Shown here: positions 30,130 to 38,746 of the stretch, piece after piece | Layout of the letters: the number at the start of each line of letters is the position of its first letter | Numbering within the stretch: position 1 is the first letter of the stretch | Source of the DNA: Thermodesulfobacteriota bacterium | Lineage (GTDB): Bacteria > Desulfobacterota > Desulfobulbia > Desulfobulbales > SURF-16 | Length of the DNA stretch: 64,000 bases | NCBI GenBank assembly: GCA_040755455.1 | Contig: JBFMAY010000015.1 | Location: forward strand, 1 to 64,000 | Direction of reading: 5' to 3' | The notes under the pieces: generated by a model | The model's database searches: none | Told to the model about the DNA's origin: nothing | The model's input: only the letters and a program-made list of their open reading frames with translations | Translations under genes and position numbers: made by a program

Positions 30130-31314
30130 ATGATTGCCAGAAAACTCACAGACAGGCTGTTGCAACTCGCCTCATATTATCCCGTGGTGGCAGTGACCGG
30201 CCCCAGACAGGCGGGAAAAACCACGCTGTGCCGGGCCACCTTTCCGGATAAGCCCTATGTATCGCTGGAATCCCTGGATTTCCGCGAGTTTGCCGAGAGC
30301 GATCCGCGGGGATTTCTGATGGAATACCGGCAGGGTGCCGTCCTCGACGAGATCCAGCAGGCGCCTGGACTGGTAAGTTATCTGCAAGCCGAAGTTGATG
30401 AACTTCCAGAGCCTGGCCGTTTTATTCTCACCGGCTCGCAGCATTTCGGCATATCGCAGATCATTTCCCAGTCCCTGGCCGGACGTTGTGGCCTGCTGAC
30501 CCTGTTGCCCCCTGATTTTGATGAGCTGCAGGGCTTCTCCCAGGTGCCGGATGATCTTTTTACCCTGCTCTGGCAAGGCGCTTATCCGAGAATCTATGAC
30601 CATAACATTCCGGCCCACCAGTGGCTGGCCGACTATATCGCCACCTATGTGCAGCGTGATGTCCGTCAGGTCATGAATGTCGGTGACCTGCTCACTTTTT
30701 CCAGCTTTCTCAAGCTCTGCGCCGGGCGCACGGCGCAGGAGATCAATCTTTCGTCCCTGGGCAGTGATGCCGGGGTTTCCCATAATACGGCAAAATCCTG
30801 GTTGTCTATTCTGGAGGCCAGTTATATCATTCACCGGATACCAGCCTGGCATGTCAACATCCGCAAGCAGATAGTGAAGGCGCCCAAGCTTCATTTCCTG
30901 GATGCCGGGCTGGTCTGCTATCTTCTGCAGATCAGAGAGCCTGGACAACTCCGGTTACATCCTCTCCGAGGGGCTATTTTTGAAAGCTGGGTGGTGTCGG
31001 AGCTGTATAAAGCTCTAGCCCACCAGGGCGAGCAGCCGATTCTGCACCACTATCGTGAAACCCGCGGGTTGGAAATGGATGTGCTGATCCAGCGTGGTGA
31101 TTGTCTGCATGCCGTCGAGGTCAAATCCGCGGCCACGGCAGCTCCTGATTTTTTCAAGGGATTTGAACAGATTGCCGGGAGAATACAGACAGCCGGCCTG
31201 TCCCTGCGTCTGGATAATGTGGTGGTCTATGGAGGCGAGACATCGCATCAGCGTTCAACGGCACGGCTGCTCGGCTGGCGGGACGTGGGCAAGATTTTGC
31301 GTCAGGCGTTATAG
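30130..31314 (+). CDS. AAA_14 ATPase with DUF4143 C-terminal domain
   Basis: GPRQAGKTT, LDEIQ, ILTGS, SLAGR, PKLHFLD.GL, E.D...VEVK. Confidence 0.88.
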   Translation: MIARKLTDRLLQLASYYPVVAVTGPRQAGKTTLCRATFPDKPYVSLESLDFREFAESDPRGFLMEYRQGAVLDEIQQAPGLVSYLQAEVDELPEPGRFILTGSQHFGISQIISQSLAGRCGLLTLLPPDFDELQGFSQVPDDLFTLLWQGAYPRIYDHNIPAHQWLADYIATYVQRDVRQVMNVGDLLTFSSFLKLCAGRTAQEINLSSLGSDAGVSHNTAKSWLSILEASYIIHRIPAWHVNIRKQIVKAPKLHFLDAGLVCYLLQIREPGQLRLHPLRGAIFESWVVSELYKALAHQGEQPILHHYRETRGLEMDVLIQRGDCLHAVEVKSAATAAPDFFKGFEQIAGRIQTAGLSLRLDNVVVYGGETSHQRSTARLLGWRDVGKILRQAL

Positions 31315-31557
31315 CAGCAGCCGGGCAGGGGCATTTTTGCTCATGAATGCTGAGCAATTCAGAAAGTTAAGTTTTGGTATGTCGCCCTGGCAATGTATCG
31401 AGAACATGTGTTGACTCTGCCCCCAAAGGGATATGTTGATTTTGAGACACATCTATTGGATGGGCAATAAAACCAAAACTCCTCCCCTGAAATTTTAGGG
31501 TAAAGTTGTAATTCTGTTAAGACACATCACCGAGATTTGGAGTACAGCGCCTCTAAA

Positions 31558-31627
31558 ATGTGTGTGTGCCCTGCTGGGGCGCACACATAAAAACGCGCGT
31601 TATGAGTATTCATAACGCGCGTTTTTT
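31558..31627. terminator. Tandem hairpins forming a probable bidirectional terminator
   Basis: AAAAACGCGCGTTATGA-GTAT-TCATAACGCGCGTTTTT perfect inverted repeat, preceded by a TGTGTGTGCCC/GGGCGCACACA stem; lies between convergent genes. Confidence 0.75.
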
Positions 31628-31706
31628 GTTTCCCTTGCCTCCCCAAACCTGCAGCATTGTCTTTTACCAGACAATGCTGCAGAAAGCAGAAGAGGTCTGC
31701 GTGCCT

Positions 31707-33755
31707 TTACTGGCACTGATGCGGGTAGGGCACGTTGTCAACAAATTCGCTCACACAAGCCGGATTGCACGGAGAACAAAGTGCGCGTTCAGGTCTGGTG
31801 AAGTTGTGGCAGAAGAGACAATCAATACCGCTGCCTTTGTTGAGGTGGCCGTGCATGGATTCATGGGTCCTCGGGCTTTTGATCCTGTGACACTGCACGC
31901 AAATCTTGTCCTGGCTGTCCTTGAGGGCATAGCCCTTCTTGTCAAGCATTGACTGGGTTGTTAGGTCAAGATAGGCGCTGGTGTCGCCGTGACACTGTGA
32001 GCAGGAGGCCGCGCTCGTCGCCGGACTGACCCCGTGGTTGATGGCCATCTCCGCCTCAACCCATGTCCAGGTGTAGGGACCGCTCAGGCCGGCATAGGAC
32101 TCGCCTCTTTGCGCCGCCTCATCGTATTTGCCGGTCATAAACTGCCAGACGACATCAAAAGGAATGACCTGACTGGTGGCGTTATGCACCGCCATTCTGG
32201 ACTGATGACGCTTGATCGGCACCAGTTTGGTCGTGCCGGCGGCATCGTTGATCCCGCCATTGGCATCGGCCATCATCGGGTAGCCGCTGATCGGATCAAC
32301 GCGGTTCATGGTCTGTCCCAGTTCATAAATATAGCTGGTGCCATCAAAGAAGGTGTAATCAGGAACGACATTGGCCACCTTGTGTTCTTCGCCAGCCCAG
32401 GCGCCCTGACCGTTGCACAGGGCCGCATTCCAGGTTGGGGTCGTCCAGTCACGCCACATCTCAGTAGCGCCGCCCTTGGCGAAGGTAGGGATGTGGCAGG
32501 ATTGGCAGGCGACCCGTGCCACATGCCGATCCGGTTCAGTGCGGCGACCGGACGACGCATGGCCACTGCCGCTGTCCATGCCGGCATGGCAATCAACACA
32601 GGCCTTCACCGTACCGCCTTCCGTTGGACGCAGATCAATGCCGCGGCCCGGTATTTCATGAGATGTGGCCACATGGCAGGAAGAGCAGCTCAAGCCGGCG
32701 CCGCCATTGGCGACGGAGGCCAAATGGATATCTTGCGTCGCAGTGGCGTTTGCCGAATTCAAACCGATATCGCCGCGTTTCACCCAGTCGCCGCCGCCCG
32801 CCTTGGCATGGCAGGAGAGACAGGTAGTGGTGGTCGGACGATGGACGCCGCGCACCAGATCAAGAGCCGTCAGACCAGGCATGGCCCCCCAGTTAAACTC
32901 GACATGAAATTCACCGTTGGCATCCTTGTCAGAAGGAATATAGGTCTTTTGGGTGCCCTGCCAGTCGGTGACATAATAGAAATTGGCCGGATCCGTTTCG
33001 GCGGCAAACCGGGATTTGTATTGGTCGTTGTGGCAGCGCAGACAGTCGATATCCGCCGCGGCCAGATTTTCATATTTGCCCAGGGTGGGATGACAGGTCA
33101 AACAGGCCGCCCCTGCCATGTCAGGATTGGGATAGCTGCAAAACGTGTTGATCTCGCTTAGTTTCTGGCTCAGGTCTGTTGCATTGGTAACCTTGGGTGA
33201 GGGGGTGGGCATCATGCCATGTAGGGCGTTGACCACATCATTACCTTCGAAGGGATGACACTCCAGACATTTGGCCGTTACCTGGGCCGGAGTACTGAAG
33301 GTTCCGGTAATGCCCGCGTGGGGGTTAGTGGTGCACAAATCCGCTCCAGAGCAATCCTGGTCAATTCCGTCACACTGAATTTCCGTGGCACCAGGGAATA
33401 TGCCGCTGTCGCTGTTGTTGCAGTCCTTTTGACTACCAGCCGGGCAACTGGCGTCGCCGGGGTTGCCGTAGCCATCGCCGTCGGTATCGATGCAAGTAGC
33501 GCAGGGCAGGTCAGCTCCGGAGCAGTCCTGGTCAATTCCGTCACCGCAGATCTCCGGTGCCCCGGGATAAATACTGCTATTGGTGTTGTTGCAGTCCGTG
33601 GCGCTGCCTTTGGGACATACGGAGACACCCGGATTGCCGTAGCCGTCACCATCAGTGTCCTTACAGGTCACCGGTTTCCCGGCAAAGGATTGTTCTGCCG
33701 CAAGGGGCAAGGCAAGCATGCCCAGAGCAATCATCGACAAAATAGATTTTCGCAT
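31707..33755 (-). CDS. Secreted decaheme cytochrome c with an OTR (octaheme tetrathionate reductase)-like core and two N-terminal DxDGDGY/ICGDGIDQDC metal-binding-type repeats
   Basis: RBS GAGGAG plus ATG 33755; signal peptide; 10 CXXCH; OTR hallmarks VT..CL.CH, K...INTFC, IDCL.CH, VACQ.CHIP, INH.V. Confidence 0.85.
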   Translation of the reverse strand: MRKSILSMIALGMLALPLAAEQSFAGKPVTCKDTDGDGYGNPGVSVCPKGSATDCNNTNSSIYPGAPEICGDGIDQDCSGADLPCATCIDTDGDGYGNPGDASCPAGSQKDCNNSDSGIFPGATEIQCDGIDQDCSGADLCTTNPHAGITGTFSTPAQVTAKCLECHPFEGNDVVNALHGMMPTPSPKVTNATDLSQKLSEINTFCSYPNPDMAGAACLTCHPTLGKYENLAAADIDCLRCHNDQYKSRFAAETDPANFYYVTDWQGTQKTYIPSDKDANGEFHVEFNWGAMPGLTALDLVRGVHRPTTTTCLSCHAKAGGGDWVKRGDIGLNSANATATQDIHLASVANGGAGLSCSSCHVATSHEIPGRGIDLRPTEGGTVKACVDCHAGMDSGSGHASSGRRTEPDRHVARVACQSCHIPTFAKGGATEMWRDWTTPTWNAALCNGQGAWAGEEHKVANVVPDYTFFDGTSYIYELGQTMNRVDPISGYPMMADANGGINDAAGTTKLVPIKRHQSRMAVHNATSQVIPFDVVWQFMTGKYDEAAQRGESYAGLSGPYTWTWVEAEMAINHGVSPATSAASCSQCHGDTSAYLDLTTQSMLDKKGYALKDSQDKICVQCHRIKSPRTHESMHGHLNKGSGIDCLFCHNFTRPERALCSPCNPACVSEFVDNVPYPHQCQ

Positions 33756-33958
33756 AATTTTTCTCCTCGAAATTTGATAAAACTTTGACCACCTGATCGA
33801 CGCATGCTTATTCTTCAACAGGGCCCCTCCTCTTCCCCTATGATCCATCATGCGGTGACACATGTCGAAAAAGCCATTTTGGCTTCCAACTCCGAATTCT
33901 CACGAAATCGCGTGCAGGGAGAAATAACAGGCTATGATTTCCTCCATTCAGTTTGGGC

Positions 33959-33974
33959 AGCAAATAAACTTCCA
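33959..33974 (-). promoter_or_regulatory. Possible sigma-54 promoter of the decaheme cytochrome
   Basis: Minus strand TGGAAGTTTATTTGCT (GG-N10-GC). Confidence 0.4.
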
Positions 33975-34943
33975 TGGGGAGGTCGGAAGGTAACTGACGA
34001 AGATGAAACCTGAATGAAGAAAAATGAAAAAATTCCCCGCTCATCGCTCTTTTTGCAGACAGTTTGAATTTTTTTGTTACCCAACTAAGCAAAATTAATA
34101 CCACAATGTATATATTTTAATTTTGCAAACTATATCAAAATGTTATATTGCAGAGTGGTTATTTCTACCCAAAGCTTGCTTGGGTAGGTGTCTGCAATAT
34201 TTTTTCAGCAAATTACCTGTTTAGCGGGTGTTTTGACCACTTAAGAGGGAAAATATGTTGGGGAATCAAAGCCTCGTGAGATAAAAATGTGTAGGCATGT
34301 GGCGGCAGGACTGTCATATTTCAAGAAGATTTTAATGGCGCTTCCTGCCGAATGGCTCAGGAAATATTGTAACTGCGGTTTTGGGCTGAAATGATTCATG
34401 TTGCCGGTGGATCGCAAAGGTGATGTTATCTGGTTTGCGCTTATCATTCCAAGTGGAGGACAGCGGGATAGAAATCTCGCAGAATACTAGATATTTAGTT
34501 GTCAAGAATATCAGGTTGGAGTAGATATCCGGAAACCAAATACTAGCTTGTTCGGCGGGCAACATAAATAGCAGGAGGAGGCAAAATGGCGCGTGAGCAT
34601 TTACTTCGCCAGCTATATTACCTGACCGATACGCCCGTCTCATTGAGAAAGCAATAAGTCCATCCGTCGTTGACGTCATGAGTCAAATTTAGGCAGACGA
34701 GATTTTTAACAGTCAGCTGAACAGCTGGGGCCGGACCAAGGTAATTGGTTGATATGTTACGATATCGTGTAAGGGCAATAGTTGAATTCAGGGTTGTAAA
34801 GAGTCTTTTTGCGGGAAAACGTGCTCTGTAAGTGAGGGCTGGGATGGCAATGGAAGCTTATGTTGCTGAATTTCATATTCAAAATACCGCTACCTTTGTC
34901 TGTATGGCAAACATAGGGTAGGGTCTCTCTCAGAAGGTTCCCC

Positions 34944-36185
34944 TTGGAGCATAAACCCATTTCCTCTCGCCGCATGATCTTCAGCCTGCCGGTCATCGTG
35001 GCCGCGCTCGGCTACTTCGTCGATATCTACGACCTGGTGCTCTTCAGCATCGTCCGGGTGCCGAGCCTCAAGTCGCTCGGCCTTTCCGGCCAGGAACTGA
35101 TCGACAACGGTGTGTTCCTGCTGAACATGCAGATGGCGGGCATGCTCCTGGGCGGGATCCTCTGGGGCGTGTTGGGCGACCGGAAGGGAAGGCTCAAGAT
35201 CATGTTCGGCTCGATCTTCCTCTACTCCGTCGCCAACATCGCCAATGGCATGGTTTCGTCCCTCGGCGCTTACGCCGCCCTGCGCTTTATCGCCGGCATC
35301 GGCCTGGCCGGCGAACTCGGGGCCGGCATCACGCTCGTGTCCGAGGTGCTGCATCGAAGCGTCCGGGGCTACGGCACCATGCTCGTGGCATCGGTTGGCG
35401 TCTCGGGGGCCATACTCGCGAACATCGTTGCCAGCACATATGATTGGCGGAGCGCCTTTTATATCGGCGGGGCACTGGGCCTCATCCTGCTCATTGCCCG
35501 GATCAGCGTGGCAGAGTCCGGCATGTTCCGCGCCATGGCGGAAAGGACCGGCGTCAGGCGGGGGAACATGCTCGCCCTGTTCACCGACCGGAAGCGCTTC
35601 CTGCGCTACCTCAACTCGATCCTGATCGGCGTGCCGATCTGGTTTGTCGTCGGGATCCTGATCACCTTCTCGCCTGAGTTTGCCAAGGCGCTCGGCACGA
35701 CCGGCCCGGTCTCTGCCGGAAACGCGGTTATGTACTGCTACCTGGGGCTGGTCTTTGGAGACATGACCAGCGGCCTTTTGAGCCAGGCCCTGCAGAGCAG
35801 AAAAAAGGTGGTCCTCCTGTACATGCTTTTGACCATCGCAGGCATTGCCGTCTACTTTCTCCAGGGCAGCAGAAGCCCGGGCTTTTTCTACGGCGTATGC
35901 CTTGCCCTCGGATTCAGCGCCGGCTACTGGGCCATCTTTGTAACCGTTGCCGCGGAGCAGTTCGGGACGAACCTGCGCGCCACGGTCGCCACGACAGTGC
36001 CCAACTTCGTGCGCGGCATGGTGGTGCCGATCACTCTTTTGTTTCAGTTCTTCCGCCGCTCCTTCGGCCTTGAGGCAAGCGCGCTCATGGTCGGCGGGAT
36101 CTGCCTGGTGGCGGGTTTTGCGGCACTCGCCTTTTTGGAGGAAACGTTCCACAAGGATCTGGACTACTTCGAGGAGTTTCTGTGA
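34944..36185 (+). CDS. MFS transporter
   Basis: About 12 TM; GVLGDRKGRLK motif A, RFIAGIGLAGE, EQFGTNLRAT. Confidence 0.9.
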   Translation: MEHKPISSRRMIFSLPVIVAALGYFVDIYDLVLFSIVRVPSLKSLGLSGQELIDNGVFLLNMQMAGMLLGGILWGVLGDRKGRLKIMFGSIFLYSVANIANGMVSSLGAYAALRFIAGIGLAGELGAGITLVSEVLHRSVRGYGTMLVASVGVSGAILANIVASTYDWRSAFYIGGALGLILLIARISVAESGMFRAMAERTGVRRGNMLALFTDRKRFLRYLNSILIGVPIWFVVGILITFSPEFAKALGTTGPVSAGNAVMYCYLGLVFGDMTSGLLSQALQSRKKVVLLYMLLTIAGIAVYFLQGSRSPGFFYGVCLALGFSAGYWAIFVTVAAEQFGTNLRATVATTVPNFVRGMVVPITLLFQFFRRSFGLEASALMVGGICLVAGFAALAFLEETFHKDLDYFEEFL

Positions 36186-36333
36186 TGCGCGAGACGGGGT
36201 AGGAGCCAGCCGAACCATAATCAGACTTGCCCTTCGTTTGCGCTTTTTCCATTTGAACCGTACTATCGCCATTGCATGGCGATCCCCCACCCCTGTCGAA
36301 ATCCAGCTGACTGTAACCTGCTTGCCTTTGCAC

Positions 36334-37563
36334 CTACCTGCCGCTGAACACCATGGCGTACAGGGCCAGGACCAGCAGGGAAAAGAGCGTCACCGGCAAC
36401 CCGGTCCGGGCATGTTCCCGGAAGGTGATGGACACGCCGAGTTTTTTCGCCTGTTCAATGACAATGAGGTTGGCGATGCTGCCGATGACAAGCAGGTTGC
36501 CGGCAAAGGTGCTTGACAGGGCCAGCACGTACCACTGCAGCGGCTGGGCCGGGTCGAGAAAGCGGATGAGCAGCATGACGGCCGGCACGTTGCTGACCAG
36601 GTTGCTCATGATGGTGGAGACCGCAGCCAGGCTGGTGAGGCCGGTGAGGTCGTAACCCCGGCTGCCGATGGCCTCGATGATGAGGCCGGGAATATTTTCG
36701 GCGACAATGCCCTGCACCACGATGAAAAGCGCGCAGAACAGGGTGATGAGGTGCCAGTCCACCAGTTCCATGATCCGCCGGGAGCGCATTTTCCTGCTGC
36801 AGAGCAGAAAGCCCGCCACGGTGATGGCCGACAGTTCCCTGGGGATGCCGGTGAAAAAGAGGGCGAGCAGCACGCAGGCGGCGACCAGCCCTTTGCCGGT
36901 CTGCCACAGGTTAAAGGCCGGCCAGTCCGGCGCCGGCATTGCTGGCCGCGGCCCGGCGGCGGTAAAGCGGTTGCGGTAGATGGCGCAGATGATGCCATAG
37001 GCGCCGGCCAGGGCGATGAGCGAAGGCGGGGAACACCAGTAGAGGAAGCGGTCGAAGGGCAGCCGGCCGATCTGGCCGATGAGCATGTTCTGGGGATTGC
37101 CGATAATGGTCGCCGCCGAGCCGATGTTGCTTGCCGTGGCAAGTCCGAGCAGAAACGGCAGCGGGTTGAGCCCGGCGCGGACGAGCGCCATGGTCAGCAC
37201 CGGGGTAAAGGCCAGACAGATGATGTCATTGGCCAGCAGGGCGGAAAGCAGGGCGGCAAGCAGCATGCTGATGAGCAGAAAACGCCGGGGCCGGTCAAGC
37301 AGGGCGGTGCTTTTGCCGGCGACCCAGGTGTAGAAGCCGCCAAGGCGGAGCTGGGCCGAGAGGATCATCAGGGCGTAGAGCAGGACAATGGTCGGCATAT
37401 CGATGGCCGCCAGGGCGGACTCGAGGGGCACTGCCCCGCTGATGATCATGCCGATGGCCCCGAGCAGGGCAATGCCGGTCCGATCAAGGGTCAGGCCGGG
37501 GATGCGGCCCAGGGCGACCCCCAGGTAGGTGGCGATGAAGATGATGATGGTGGGTGAGGGCAT
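36334..37563 (-). CDS. ArsB/NhaD/CitMHS-type anion permease
   Basis: LDRTGIALLGA, ND, SNIGS..T.IGNPQN, SN.VSNVPA, AGNL...GS.AN.IV. Confidence 0.88.
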   Translation of the reverse strand: MPSPTIIIFIATYLGVALGRIPGLTLDRTGIALLGAIGMIISGAVPLESALAAIDMPTIVLLYALMILSAQLRLGGFYTWVAGKSTALLDRPRRFLLISMLLAALLSALLANDIICLAFTPVLTMALVRAGLNPLPFLLGLATASNIGSAATIIGNPQNMLIGQIGRLPFDRFLYWCSPPSLIALAGAYGIICAIYRNRFTAAGPRPAMPAPDWPAFNLWQTGKGLVAACVLLALFFTGIPRELSAITVAGFLLCSRKMRSRRIMELVDWHLITLFCALFIVVQGIVAENIPGLIIEAIGSRGYDLTGLTSLAAVSTIMSNLVSNVPAVMLLIRFLDPAQPLQWYVLALSSTFAGNLLVIGSIANLIVIEQAKKLGVSITFREHARTGLPVTLFSLLVLALYAMVFSGR

Positions 37564-37612
37564 CGGGTGTTCCTGGTGGCGGGATCAGCGGGGGCGTGTC
37601 ATGAGGCAAAGC

Positions 37613-38746
37613 CTAGAGCCAGTCGGTCAGCAGCACGCCCACGCCGATGCGGTTGACCGAGGTGTTGTAGTCGATCAATGATTCGCCGTAGCCGTTGAAA
37701 TACTGGAGATAGCCTTTCAGCGGCAGCCCGTCGCCCAGGGGGAAGCTCCAGCCGAGTTCGACCGCGCCCCGGTTGTGGTTGCGGCGCAGGTTGTTGCGCA
37801 GCATGACGCTCAGGGTATGGCCCTCTTTCGACCAGGCCCCGGTTAATTCCCCATAGCCCATGTAGGAGGAGATATCGGGATTGTCGTCACCGTCCGGATC
37901 ACCAAGGAAAGATTTACTTTCCTCCGGCAGCCGGTACCAAGGTTTGATGCTCAGGAGAAAATCGCCCCGCTCGAAGATAAAGTCAAGATAGAGCCGGTTC
38001 CAGCTGCGGGAGCGGTCGCCGCCCCGGCCGTTTGACTGGTGGGAGAAGCCGGCCAGGATGTACGGGTTATTCACGCCGAACATCTCCCAGTCGTTGCGCA
38101 GGGAAACAAAGAGTTCCGGCTCATGGTTGGTCTCGCGAAAGGGGCTGGAGATGTCGTCGTTGTAAGCCTGCCAGAGTGACTTCATGGTGTAGGCGGCAAA
38201 AAGCCGGCCTTTTTCATAGCCGAACAGGTCCTTGGTCAGGGGCACCTTGAAGCTCAGCTGGAATTTGACCTCGGTGTGGTCAAGCTCGCTGTCGTCGAGT
38301 TGCAGCCCCTCGCCGCTCAGGTGGTCATTGTAGCTGGCCAGCAGGATATAATTGGGCTTGTGCGGGATGATGGTGAAACGATTACCCTGGTTTTTCGACT
38401 CATAGCTGACCCGGCGGCTTAGGGCGGACAATTCCTCTTGCCCCGCGTCCGGCGCAGCAGCGGAAACCGCAGGCGCCTCGGCCGGGGCTGCAGGCGTCAG
38501 ATAAGTGCTGCAGGCCTGCCTCACCTGGCTGGCGGTCATGGAATCAGCCGCTGTTTTCAGGGTCTCCGCCAGGCATTCTTCGTAGTTGATGAAATCCCCG
38601 GCTGCGCAAGTCCCAGGGGCCGCAAGGTGAGACAGGAGCAGGGCAGCGGGAGCGCAGGCGAGAATCTTTTGCACGGCGCGTTGCGCGGGCAGGGGTAGCG
38701 GATGATGTGGCCGGCCGCAACAGGCTCCGCCAGGGTTATTGCTCAT
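37613..38746 (-). CDS. pldA: Outer-membrane phospholipase A1
   Basis: EVKFQLSFK, SSPFRETNHEPE, HQSNG, SRSWNR, FNGYGESLIDYN; start overlaps the mscS stop. Confidence 0.9.
   Translation of the reverse strand: MSNNPGGACCGRPHHPLPLPAQRAVQKILACAPAALLLSHLAAPGTCAAGDFINYEECLAETLKTAADSMTASQVRQACSTYLTPAAPAEAPAVSAAAPDAGQEELSALSRRVSYESKNQGNRFTIIPHKPNYILLASYNDHLSGEGLQLDDSELDHTEVKFQLSFKVPLTKDLFGYEKGRLFAAYTMKSLWQAYNDDISSPFRETNHEPELFVSLRNDWEMFGVNNPYILAGFSHQSNGRGGDRSRSWNRLYLDFIFERGDFLLSIKPWYRLPEESKSFLGDPDGDDNPDISSYMGYGELTGAWSKEGHTLSVMLRNNLRRNHNRGAVELGWSFPLGDGLPLKGYLQYFNGYGESLIDYNTSVNRIGVGVLLTDWL

Noticed and set aside
33330..33670. DNA direct repeats as a CRISPR or mobile repeat
   Set aside because: They encode the two in-frame protein repeats of the cytochrome
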